A DNA stretch of 63,367 nucleotides, from positions 1-63,367 of IMG/VR virus record IMGVR_UViG_3300013137_000021; one strand, written 5' to 3'. The notes beneath the pieces are model-generated. The model saw nothing but the letters and a program-made list of their open reading frames with translations. It ran no database searches and was not told the origin of the DNA. This DNA comes from a virus. Taxonomy: Duplodnaviria; Caudoviricetes. Below are positions 1 through 8,594 of this stretch, in pieces. The position numbers and the translations under genes were made by a program. Each line of letters starts with the position of its first letter. The first letter of the stretch is position 1.

Positions 1-147
1 ACGGATGGGCAGGTGGTATACACTCAATACATCCACCATTATGAGGGAGATAGCGACAGGTGCTACGCCGTTGATCCTACGAATTTTAAACCCCCATACA
101 AACGAGCGGTTGAGCTCCTGATTGCGAACATGGAGGGAACAAAATGA
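1..147 (+). CDS. Partial hypothetical protein (5' truncated)
   Basis: Frame 1 is open from base 1 to TGA 145-147, which overlaps the next ATG (ATGA) preceded by GGAGG. Confidence 0.45.
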   Translation, partial: TDGQVVYTQYIHHYEGDSDRCYAVDPTNFKPPYKRAVELLIANMEGTK

Positions 148-482
148 TACTCACATCACGAGCAGGATTACGGGTAGAATTGCCCGATGAGCAGGGCATG
201 ACTGATAAGGGCATCATATTGAGCCTCGCGGGCCGCATCTACAAGGCGCGACGTTGGATGAACGCTCTGTCTATTCGGGACTCGTTATTGAAAATCAATA
301 TGCAAGCGAACGTTGTACGCGATGAACTGGAATTGCCGCGACGGCCATTTGCTATTGCCGACGATCCGATGAGATCCCTAGAGGATATCACGGAATCTGA
401 TCTGGAGTGGATCTCTGGTATTGCTGCATGGCATCCGGATTGGAAAATCACAGCTCCGCCGACGTGGGGAATGCACAGATGA
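144..482 (+). CDS. Hypothetical protein
   Basis: GGAGGG RBS, ATGA coupling at both ends. Confidence 0.65.
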   Translation: MILTSRAGLRVELPDEQGMTDKGIILSLAGRIYKARRWMNALSIRDSLLKINMQANVVRDELELPRRPFAIADDPMRSLEDITESDLEWISGIAAWHPDWKITAPPTWGMHR

Positions 483-670
483 AAACCGAAATAGAGTCGC
501 TGGCAGAACAATATTTCATCGACCTAGAACGGGACAACCGCCAGGATACTCGTGAGAATCTCAGGGGATGGCTATGGTTTACATGCCCCGCGCATCTCAG
601 GACCGAGGTCGCAGAGGCTATCGAACAGAAACGGGAGGTTTCAGCCCTAAAATATGGAGGTTCATTATGA
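479..670 (+). CDS. Hypothetical protein (MKTEIESL...)
   Basis: ATGA overlaps with the neighbours on both sides. Confidence 0.55.
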   Translation: MKTEIESLAEQYFIDLERDNRQDTRENLRGWLWFTCPAHLRTEVAEAIEQKREVSALKYGGSL

Positions 671-882
671 AAACAGGTCTATGGACTGACCAGAAAGACG
701 GCTTTCACAATCTGACAGTCAATGGACGGCTTGTCGGTTGTTGCCGGGTCAAAAAGCCCTATCCGGCCACGGAAGCTTGGCTTCGGCTCAACAAGCCAAG
801 CCCGGACGAGTTCCGTTTTTTGGGCGTTTGCGACACGTTAGGCGAGGCCAAACGGGAAGTTGAACATAACGCGTGCATTTAA
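667..882 (+). CDS. Hypothetical protein (MKTGLWTD...)
   Basis: GGAGG RBS, ATGA overlap. Confidence 0.6.
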   Translation: MKTGLWTDQKDGFHNLTVNGRLVGCCRVKKPYPATEAWLRLNKPSPDEFRFLGVCDTLGEAKREVEHNACI

Positions 883-1015
883 CCCTTGAACCACGCTCGC
901 GGCTCTACGGAACGCGGGCGGATTCAGCGGTTAAACCGCTCTGGATGGAATGTTAAATTTTCTTCCGGGAATATCGCCGTATAAGGGGTTCCTGGACGTG
1001 GAGGAAGGCTTCGTT

Positions 1016-2029
1016 ATGCGATTAGCTGGCCAATCGAAAATGGGGTATTACCCTACGCCCCCGCGGATTACGCAACTAATCCGTGAAAGGGTATGTTTCC
1101 CGGATAGATTCGCGGCGTTGGACCCATGCGCGGGAGAAGGGACAGCCCTGGCGGAATTCACCGCGGGAACGACGGCGCGGACGTACGGGATTGAACTGGA
1201 CAAGACCAGAGCCGCGGAAGCCTCGACTGTGCTTGACCGCGTGCTCGTTTCTCCGATTGAGGATTGCCGCGTGGGGCATAAGAGCTTTTCATTAATATGG
1301 CTCAATCCGCCATACGACTGGGAGCATGGGGAAGAAGACGAAAAGTGCGAGCGTAAAGAGCTTACTTTCTTAAAGCGGTCGGTTCCTTGGCTCTGTCCAG
1401 GCGGAATACTCGTTTATATCATCCCAGAATCCGCCTGGATTGAGCCCATACGGCGGTTGTTGGCGTACCATTTCACTAATATTGATGTTTGCAGGTTCCC
1501 AGAACCCGAATATCAGCAGTTTAGGCAGATCGTTGTGATTGCCACGCGGAAGGATGCTCCCAGCGCGGACACTATGCCATATTTGCGGTATTTTCCGGAA
1601 AGCTCGCAACAAGCCGCGCCGGTCCATGTTCCCGTGAGTAATCCAATCGTAAAACTCTTCCAATCCACCCACATGGAAGCGGAAGAGATGGCGCGCCTTG
1701 TCGAAAACTCCCCCGGCTGGAAAATGTTTCTCGCGAAGTCAAGAAAGTCGGGACTAAAAGCGACTTGCGAAGGTAAGCGCCCGCCCTTGCCGCTTCACTC
1801 CGGGCATCTTTCCTTGATGCTCGCCGCGGGCGTCCTGGACGGCATAGTAGGACATGGCGAGGACAGCCACGTGGTCAAGGGGAAAGTCACAAAGGGCCAG
1901 TCCGTCAAGGTCCATGAGACCGTGGACGCGGAAACGGGGAATGTCACCAATACCACGGTCTATACTGACCAGTACGTTGTCAGCGTGAAACTGTTAGACC
2001 GCTCGGGACAAATCAGAGAAATCGCATAA
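1016..2029 (+). CDS. N6-adenine DNA methyltransferase, DUF6094-like
   Basis: N-terminal GYYPTP, SAM motif LDPCAGEG, GIELD, catalytic LNPPY; GGAGGA RBS before ATG 1016. Confidence 0.85.
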   Translation: MRLAGQSKMGYYPTPPRITQLIRERVCFPDRFAALDPCAGEGTALAEFTAGTTARTYGIELDKTRAAEASTVLDRVLVSPIEDCRVGHKSFSLIWLNPPYDWEHGEEDEKCERKELTFLKRSVPWLCPGGILVYIIPESAWIEPIRRLLAYHFTNIDVCRFPEPEYQQFRQIVVIATRKDAPSADTMPYLRYFPESSQQAAPVHVPVSNPIVKLFQSTHMEAEEMARLVENSPGWKMFLAKSRKSGLKATCEGKRPPLPLHSGHLSLMLAAGVLDGIVGHGEDSHVVKGKVTKGQSVKVHETVDAETGNVTNTTVYTDQYVVSVKLLDRSGQIREIA

Positions 2030-2038
2030 ACAGGAGCG

Positions 2039-2653
2039 TTGAACATGGAAACGATAGCTTTCAAATCATACGGCCGCTCGGACATTGAAGCAAAAACAGA
2101 CTGCTATGCGTACCAGCATGGAACGGTGCTTTTCTTGTCAATGGTGGGCAATGACTCCGCGGTCAAGGCTCTGTCAAGCGCAGTCCTGGACGCATCAAGC
2201 CGTTATGGCCTGCATTTGACTCTGGATGACGGACGCCAAATCGGTCGGTCAGATTCCAAGAAAGTTCACTATGCCCGGCGAACAACCAAGCTGGCGAGCG
2301 GCTGTACTCATGAAATGTTAGTTGACACGCGGTTCTTTGAGCCTCACCCAGAATCAACCGAGCGGTTTGTCCTGGTACGGCCTGGAGAAAATCCGGCCGC
2401 GGTGCTATATGAGACCATAATCAAAAACGTGCCAAGCCCCACACTTCCCGCGTGGAAAGAAGAAATTTATTCGGAACTGAAGCGCCGCGGGCAACGCAGC
2501 GGATATTATGGGGAAAGCGCGGACGGAACAGTCCGAGTTATCGCGGGATATCCCGCGGAAACATTTGTGTTGCAGGTGAATTTATCGGAAGGCGCTCTTG
2601 ATGAAATAGTTTCTCACTTAGTTTCAACGGGGGTCGTATCATGGGAAAACTAG
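2039..2653 (+). CDS. Hypothetical protein between MTase and helicase
   Basis: AGGAG RBS, overlaps the helicase start; LFLSMVGNDSAVKAL recalls proteins next to ICE/plasmid MTase-helicase pairs (from memory). Confidence 0.7.
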   Translation: MNMETIAFKSYGRSDIEAKTDCYAYQHGTVLFLSMVGNDSAVKALSSAVLDASSRYGLHLTLDDGRQIGRSDSKKVHYARRTTKLASGCTHEMLVDTRFFEPHPESTERFVLVRPGENPAAVLYETIIKNVPSPTLPAWKEEIYSELKRRGQRSGYYGESADGTVRVIAGYPAETFVLQVNLSEGALDEIVSHLVSTGVVSWEN

Positions 2654-5541
2654 AAAATATCACCACTTTGGTTGACTATATAGGCGCGTTCGGCAATGAC
2701 ATCGCTCGGAAGGTAAGCACAAATCACGAACCGCTTTATATGCCGGGTACTGACTGGCATCCGAAGCTATACCGCTCGCTCCGCGCGCCGTTCCAGGGTC
2801 AAGGGGATGCAATTATGGGCGCGGTTGAAACGCTGAAACAGAAAGACGCGGCCTTCATAGTGGGGGAAATGGGGACCGGGAAAACCTTAATCGGCGCTCT
2901 AATCCCGTGGACCATGATGGACGCGCCCCGCGTGTTGGTAATGTGTCCCGGACATCTGACCGAGAAATGGGTCCGGGAGATTAAATTGACAGTTCCTGAA
3001 GCGGAAGCGTCCGTTATCAATAACCTGTCGGATGCAATCGCCGTTGACGCAGAAGCCGCGGCCGCTGGAAACAAGCCGCGGTATTGGGTTATGTCCAAGG
3101 AACGAGCAAAACTCACGTATAAATGGATGCCCGTCGGGAAAGTCAAAACTCGAATTGAGCGCCGGTTAATCGTGGACGCGGACAACACGACAATTTGTGA
3201 TGAAAACGACCGTCCGAAGTACGAACTTCTCGAAATCAGTGAAATAGTTTGTCCGCGGTGCGGCAAAATAGTCTTGAAGCCTAAGCCCGCGAGCGCTTCC
3301 AAGAAGAAAAAGAAATCTGAAGAGGATGACGTTCCTATCCCTCTCGGCCCAGCGGATATCAAAAAGCGCAAGTGCTATTGCCAGTGTGGGGAAGCGTTAT
3401 GGCAAGCCGATAATCGTAAATTCAGGCGGTATGCCATAGCGGAATATTTGAAAAAGCACTTGCCGCGGAACTTCTTTGACTTCTTCATCGCGGATGAGGT
3501 ACATGAATTGAAAGGCGCGGATACCGCCCAAGGGAATAGTTTCGGCAGCCTTGCCGCTTGTTCGCGCAAGACAATCTGCCTGACAGGTACGCTCTTAGGT
3601 GGGTACGCTTCACACCTATTTTATTTGAACTATCGCGTCAATTCCACGGGCATGAAACTAGACGGGTTCGAGTACGGTAAAACCAAGAAATTTGTGGAAC
3701 TGTACGGGGTTGAAGAAACGACGGTCAAGGAATACGAGTCCTCCCAGCGGACGGATAACAAGTGCTCTCACGGCACTTCTCGAAGTTCCAGCACGGCAGA
3801 AAAGCCCGGTATCAGTCCTGAACTTTTCATGCACCAGCTAATGGATAAAGCGATATTCTTGCACTTGGAGGATGTTAGTCAGACGCTTCCGGATCTTACA
3901 GAGGATGTCATCGGGGTTGACGTGGATTCAGACGTGATGGACGCATATAACGATATGCAGGATGAAATCAAAGCGGTAATGAATCCGCAATTAGTCAAGG
4001 GGAATCGACAATTACTCGGAACATACCTCGTAAATCTATTAAGTTATGCAGATAAGCCGTTTGGGAATCCGAGCATCTACCTGGACGGATGTGAGTATGA
4101 ACCTGAAGAGTTTCCGCGTGAACGCATTTATCCTAAAGAAAAAAAACTTCGTGAACTGGTACAAAACGAGCTTGCACAAGGGCGAAAATGCCTTATTTAC
4201 GCGACTTTTACGCGCACACGTGATGTGACTACCAGATTGCAAAAAATCTTAGTGGACGCGGGAATCAAGGCGGAAATACTGCGCGGGGACGTTAAACCGA
4301 CCGCCCGCGAAAGCTGGGTTAATGAACACCTGGAAAATGGCATGGAAGTAATGATTTGCAACCCGGAATTAGTCAAGACCGGCCTTGACCTGCTGGACTT
4401 CCCCACTATCATCTACACGCAAACCGGATATAATATTTTTACGCTTCGGCAGTCCTCCCGGCGTTCGTGGCGCATCGGTCAAACTAAGGAAGTCAAAGTC
4501 TTCTACCTGTATTACAAAGGGACCATGCAGGGCCGCGCCGTTGAGTTGATTGGTAAGAAGCTGGATGCAAGCCTTGCGCTTGAAGGGAAGCTGACAGAAG
4601 GCGGACTGGCGAGCCTATCCGATAGCAACGACGGCTTGACCGCTTTGGCGAAGTCATTGAACGAGGGAGGAGTTGAAGGGGTTGAAACGATATGGAAGAA
4701 AATCCGGGATAAGAAGTCAACGCATAATTCCGGGCATAATCCAGAGCCGAAAATAGAAAACTCGGTTACAAGCGGCTCCTCGACTGAAAACCCGGTTGAT
4801 TATGACGCTAAACTTGACGCGGCCCTTGCAAAGAATCCTTATATCGACTGCCTGGAAAGCCGAGAAATCAGAAATAGACGGGCAAAACAAGCGCCCGCGC
4901 CGATTGATAATCTCCCCGCCCTAAGAGCCAATTCTAATACAAGGCTTTACCAAATCAACGCTGTTGCGATTAGACCGCGGGGGGTTGTCATTCCCCTCCC
5001 CGTCCACGGAACAGCCCACACCGTTGAGCATGCAAAGCCTCACGTGGTAATAGAGTCAATCACTACCGGCAACCGTCAGCGCCCCGCGTCCGACAACGTG
5101 ATTTACCTCCCCGCCGCGGCTGCAACCACGGCAGAGGAAGCCCCCTGGATGGGAGAACAGAAATCCTCCCGGAAAATCACGGCCAAAAGAGGGGTCCCCG
5201 CAGCAGGGAAAATCAGGAAGCCGCGGGCCCGTAAACCAGCGGATAACGCCTGGAGGACAAACCCGGATGTCAACCCCGGCCCGGAATACAAGTGGGGAAA
5301 AACTGGATGGCGAAAAATATCTCAACGCAGCATAGACGCGCAAATTAGAAGGGAGGAAAGGGCGCGGGCTATGGCTTGGAAGTATGACGGAGCCACCTCG
5401 CCGGAACCGGCAGAGGATTGGTACTGGGTCAATAGTTATTCCTATCAGAGAAGGCTCAAGGATACAATGCGGATAATCAACGTCCGCGGACACTGGAGAA
5501 TGAGACGAAATGCAGCCATGAAACTGAGAATGGCAGCGTAG
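2641..5541 (+). CDS. SF2 (SNF2/DEAD-like) helicase with Zn-ribbon insert and long C-terminal extension
   Basis: Walker A GEMGTGKT, DEVH, LTGT, TGLDL, QSSRRSWRIGQ (motif VI); CPRC...CQC insert. Confidence 0.9.
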   Translation: MGKLENITTLVDYIGAFGNDIARKVSTNHEPLYMPGTDWHPKLYRSLRAPFQGQGDAIMGAVETLKQKDAAFIVGEMGTGKTLIGALIPWTMMDAPRVLVMCPGHLTEKWVREIKLTVPEAEASVINNLSDAIAVDAEAAAAGNKPRYWVMSKERAKLTYKWMPVGKVKTRIERRLIVDADNTTICDENDRPKYELLEISEIVCPRCGKIVLKPKPASASKKKKKSEEDDVPIPLGPADIKKRKCYCQCGEALWQADNRKFRRYAIAEYLKKHLPRNFFDFFIADEVHELKGADTAQGNSFGSLAACSRKTICLTGTLLGGYASHLFYLNYRVNSTGMKLDGFEYGKTKKFVELYGVEETTVKEYESSQRTDNKCSHGTSRSSSTAEKPGISPELFMHQLMDKAIFLHLEDVSQTLPDLTEDVIGVDVDSDVMDAYNDMQDEIKAVMNPQLVKGNRQLLGTYLVNLLSYADKPFGNPSIYLDGCEYEPEEFPRERIYPKEKKLRELVQNELAQGRKCLIYATFTRTRDVTTRLQKILVDAGIKAEILRGDVKPTARESWVNEHLENGMEVMICNPELVKTGLDLLDFPTIIYTQTGYNIFTLRQSSRRSWRIGQTKEVKVFYLYYKGTMQGRAVELIGKKLDASLALEGKLTEGGLASLSDSNDGLTALAKSLNEGGVEGVETIWKKIRDKKSTHNSGHNPEPKIENSVTSGSSTENPVDYDAKLDAALAKNPYIDCLESREIRNRRAKQAPAPIDNLPALRANSNTRLYQINAVAIRPRGVVIPLPVHGTAHTVEHAKPHVVIESITTGNRQRPASDNVIYLPAAAATTAEEAPWMGEQKSSRKITAKRGVPAAGKIRKPRARKPADNAWRTNPDVNPGPEYKWGKTGWRKISQRSIDAQIRREERARAMAWKYDGATSPEPAEDWYWVNSYSYQRRLKDTMRIINVRGHWRMRRNAAMKLRMAA

Positions 5542-5612
5542 CTAACCATTCCTAAAATCTCCGGGGTGGGCCGGACACCAACCACAACTGGAATACCAGG
5601 AAAGGGGAAATT

Positions 5613-6200
5613 ATGAGAACAGACAAACAGGGCAATTCAGTATCTGACACCTGCCTGTACGAGCACGCTAACAATTTCTACGGAGTTTATCATTTCCGTG
5701 ATGGACAATTTGGAGCCGTAGTATGGGACGCCAAACGGCATGGTTATCAAGATTTGCCGGGGATTTTCTATCGAAAAACGGCACAGGAAGCATTCGAGGA
5801 CCTAGTGAGGCGCCTCCCCATTGGCGGAACTTGGATTGACGGCGATATCAATGCCTGTGCGCAACGCATTGCTCTCGCGGACCTAATTCGACACGTCATC
5901 CGGGAATGGGGCACATTTTGTGATCGCAATTCCGCCTATAAATTTGGCTCAACCTCTGCCTATTGCGTGAACGGTGTCCCTGTGCCAGGGCCAGTTGTCC
6001 AGTCGGCAGAGAAATTCGCTAACGACAGAGTGTTACCGGAGGGGCGCAGGGTATTCCAGATTCTCTGTGAATTGTTGCCTGACTCAATCGGTGAGGATGG
6101 ATGTTTCTCGTTTCCTATGTTTTTCAGTGCTGGAAAACTCGCTCATAATGTCATGTGGAAGATCTGTCATGAGCACCGCGAGGAGAAAGATTTTGAATAA
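5613..6200 (+). CDS. Hypothetical protein
   Basis: 195-aa ORF, AAGGGG RBS. Confidence 0.65.
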   Translation: MRTDKQGNSVSDTCLYEHANNFYGVYHFRDGQFGAVVWDAKRHGYQDLPGIFYRKTAQEAFEDLVRRLPIGGTWIDGDINACAQRIALADLIRHVIREWGTFCDRNSAYKFGSTSAYCVNGVPVPGPVVQSAEKFANDRVLPEGRRVFQILCELLPDSIGEDGCFSFPMFFSAGKLAHNVMWKICHEHREEKDFE

Positions 6201-6228
6201 GAAATCAAATAGCAGGGAGGTATTTACC

Positions 6229-6564
6229 ATGAACCCCCGCTACTATCAGCCTCAGCTTCTCTGGGGCTATTTCCGAGCGTGGATAGGTGCCAACATCCCG
6301 GAGAATGAGCAGGACTTCAATCCCAAGCTGTTCATTTTCCGGCGGGACATGCCCGGCGCTTACCGGCTACACGGCCCCAAACTCTATTGGGCTGAGGACC
6401 TGGGCGCATCCTATTTCCAGAACTGCGATCAGGACGAACTCGAAACGAACCTGGCCAACCTCGGAGAGATCCAGGCATTCGTGTACCGAGACCGGCGGCG
6501 GAACCCGGTGCAATGGCCGAGCCTGGAGGAATTCGTGAAGGAGATGAAAGGAGACGAATCATGA
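6229..6564 (+). CDS. Hypothetical protein (MNPRYYQP...)
   Basis: GGGAGG RBS, ATGA coupling to the next gene. Confidence 0.7.
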   Translation: MNPRYYQPQLLWGYFRAWIGANIPENEQDFNPKLFIFRRDMPGAYRLHGPKLYWAEDLGASYFQNCDQDELETNLANLGEIQAFVYRDRRRNPVQWPSLEEFVKEMKGDES

Positions 6565-6758
6565 AACTCTACACCTACTATTGGAGCGTGAATTCCCTGT
6601 CAGGGATTCTCCGCGTGAGCCGGGACGTGGACAAAGTGATCGGACACTCCCACGACTACCACAAAATCCGCGCCCACAACATCAATGAGGCGTACGAATT
6701 GGCGGAAAAGGCCAAACAGAGCCAATACACCACTGACGGATTGCCGGTGAATCCATAA
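6561..6758 (+). CDS. Hypothetical protein (MKLYTYYW...)
   Basis: AAAGGAG RBS, ATGA overlap. Confidence 0.65.
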   Translation: MKLYTYYWSVNSLSGILRVSRDVDKVIGHSHDYHKIRAHNINEAYELAEKAKQSQYTTDGLPVNP

Positions 6759-6809
6759 TACCACTCTTTGGGCTCCCGAAAGAGCCCAAGGAGAAGGAGA
6801 GAAAAAATC

Positions 6810-7043
6810 ATGAGCACTGAGTACGAAATATTCTTCGATGATGAGGGCGACCCGGATAATCCCGGCTGGGTGTGCCGCGCAACAAAGGCAGAGGACGATG
6901 GGCGCGGAATAGTGAAAGGTCATGAGGATATTCCGCTAGACGCCTCCGATGAGGATAGTCCGGAAGCGGCTCGCCACGAGGCTGCGAAGCACTTCGGCAT
7001 TGATCCGACAATTATTCGGGTGATCCCATACTGGGGGGAGTAA
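6810..7043 (+). CDS. Small acidic hypothetical protein
   Basis: AAGGAG RBS; D/E-rich sequence. Confidence 0.65.
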   Translation: MSTEYEIFFDDEGDPDNPGWVCRATKAEDDGRGIVKGHEDIPLDASDEDSPEAARHEAAKHFGIDPTIIRVIPYWGE

Positions 7044-7129
7044 CCCACCACCCAGGACGCCGACGCTACCCTTATGCTTCCTCTCCCTCTGGGAGAGATC
7101 CGCCGGCAGGGACGCCGGCCCGCGACCTG

Positions 7130-7175
7130 GCAGACCACATTGACCGATTTCTACAGAGAGGGGTAGAGAAATGAA
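7130..7175 (+). repeat. Repeat A copy 1 (remnant 3' end of a paralogue of ORF 7626-7886); copy 2 at 7842-7887
   Basis: 39/46 ungapped identity with 7842-7887; encodes ADHIDRFLQRGVEK* versus ADQIDRFLQRGEGK*; both copies end in ATGAA starting the next gene. Confidence 0.85.
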
Positions 7176-7470
7176 AACATTATATGAGCATCTCATAAAA
7201 TGGGAATCCGGCAACGTCCAGGAGGGCGATATGTTCCGCCATTGGATTGTCAGTCTACCGGACGGACGGGAGGCGGATCGGTGGCAACGCCTAACTCGCG
7301 GCAATCCGTGCCGTATCACCAGAACGCAAATCAGAGCGGACTATGACACCGCTGGCAAGTGGGGACCGTCCTGGGATAATTCCTGTAGCATGAGTCAACC
7401 AGTCGTCCGCGTAAAGGGCACAAAAATATTTCCTGTTCCATTGGCAGCAGCATTGGCAATTCTCGATTAA
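7171..7470 (+). CDS. Hypothetical protein (cassette 1 payload)
   Basis: Start embedded in repeat A, stop is the TAA that begins repeat B. Confidence 0.7.
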   Translation: MKTLYEHLIKWESGNVQEGDMFRHWIVSLPDGREADRWQRLTRGNPCRITRTQIRADYDTAGKWGPSWDNSCSMSQPVVRVKGTKIFPVPLAAALAILD

Positions 7471-7546
7471 TCCGGCCTCCTCCCGTCCTGGGCGAGGGCG
7501 GGAATGAAAGTCGGAATGAACCTGAAAAGCCCGCGTATCGGCGCGG
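7467..7546 (+). repeat. Repeat B copy 1, structured intergenic element
   Basis: Near-identical to 8110-8193; last 37 bp identical; nested stems TCCGGC/GTCGGA, TCCCGTCCT/AGGGCGGGA, CCGCG/CGCGG. Confidence 0.9.
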
Positions 7547-7625
7547 CGTGAACGCACGAGAAAGGAACGAAGATGACAAAGAAACAGTTATGCGTTGAAG
7601 CAACGATGGTTGTAGGGGGAGCGTC

Positions 7626-7886
7626 ATGACTCAACCTGAAAAATTCACCGGCCCGGAGTACCAGGACTCGTACGACGAGAACCTGGATGAGATCACAAAT
7701 GTGCTAGAAGATTTTCCAGAGCGGGATTATTTCGAGCAAGCGGGGGAGTTGCTGAGGGAAGCGGCTGAGGAGCTGCACAACGCCTGCGGCACTCTCCATG
7801 TATGTGAGCGCTATAGAGCATCCCAAATATGCCGAGGACTTGCAGACCAAATCGACCGATTCCTACAGAGAGGAGAGGGGAAATGA
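7626..7886 (+). CDS. Small acidic hypothetical protein
   Basis: GGGGGAG RBS; acidic N-terminal half; its 3' end is repeat A copy 2. Confidence 0.7.
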   Translation: MTQPEKFTGPEYQDSYDENLDEITNVLEDFPERDYFEQAGELLREAAEELHNACGTLHVCERYRASQICRGLADQIDRFLQRGEGK

Positions 7887-8113
7887 AGCGATGGAACAAC
7901 ATTACCAAAGCGCAAGGATTGGAGTTACTAAAGGCGGCGCCAGCAGATGAACAACCCTCTCAAATTAATCCGGGACTCACGAGGAAATACGTTACAGATA
8001 TCCTGTTGGCATTGTGCCGAGATGGAGATCCAACGGACATACTGAGTGAACTACTGACAAAGCGGATATTCCAAGCGGCACAAGACAGCCTGCATCCAGT
8101 ACAGGAATTTTAA
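7883..8113 (+). CDS. Hypothetical protein (cassette 2 payload)
   Basis: GGAGAGGGG RBS, ATGA overlap, stop begins repeat B copy 2. Confidence 0.7.
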   Translation: MKRWNNITKAQGLELLKAAPADEQPSQINPGLTRKYVTDILLALCRDGDPTDILSELLTKRIFQAAQDSLHPVQEF

Positions 8114-8193
8114 TCCGGTCTTCCTCCCGTCCTGAGCGTCGGGGGCGGGAATGACGGTCGGAATGAACCTGAAAAGCCCGCGTATCGGCGCGG
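8110..8193 (+). repeat. Repeat B copy 2
   Basis: Direct repeat of 7467-7546; differences mostly keep pairing or fall in loops. Confidence 0.9.
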
Positions 8194-8242
8194 GCTCAAC
8201 GACGGCCTAGCCGTCCACGACACAACACAACGGAGGTGTGCC

Positions 8243-8488
8243 ATGTCAGAACCGAGAGTATCGAAAAACTTGGAAATCGTCAATCCCGATAACCGCCCCG
8301 TCGGCATATTCCCCGCGATGGCCGAACGCTTGCGGACTCGATTGGTGGCGTTGTCCTGCGAGGTCGAAAATCTGGACAACGAACTGATTGAAACGATTGA
8401 GAAAATCGTTGAGGTCAAAAAAGAGGGATTGGCAGCGGCTAAAGAGATTCTGGCCGTGGAAAAAGAGTTTCTCAAAAATCAGTTGTAA
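8243..8488 (+). CDS. Small coiled-coil hypothetical protein
   Basis: GGAGG RBS; heptad-like E/K/L pattern. Confidence 0.65.
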   Translation: MSEPRVSKNLEIVNPDNRPVGIFPAMAERLRTRLVALSCEVENLDNELIETIEKIVEVKKEGLAAAKEILAVEKEFLKNQL

Positions 8489-8500
8489 TAAACCACTGTC

Positions 8501-8544
8501 CCGATGCGGACCCCATAACAGCACACGCGCCGGGTCCGCATCGG
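8501..8544. other. Perfect 13-bp inverted repeat with 18-nt loop upstream of the recombinase
   Basis: CCGATGCGGACCC ... GGGTCCGCATCGG. Confidence 0.8.
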
Positions 8545-8594
8545 ATGGCAATTACAAATCCTTCCGGGATTTTTCGATAGAAAGGGTGGTCATT

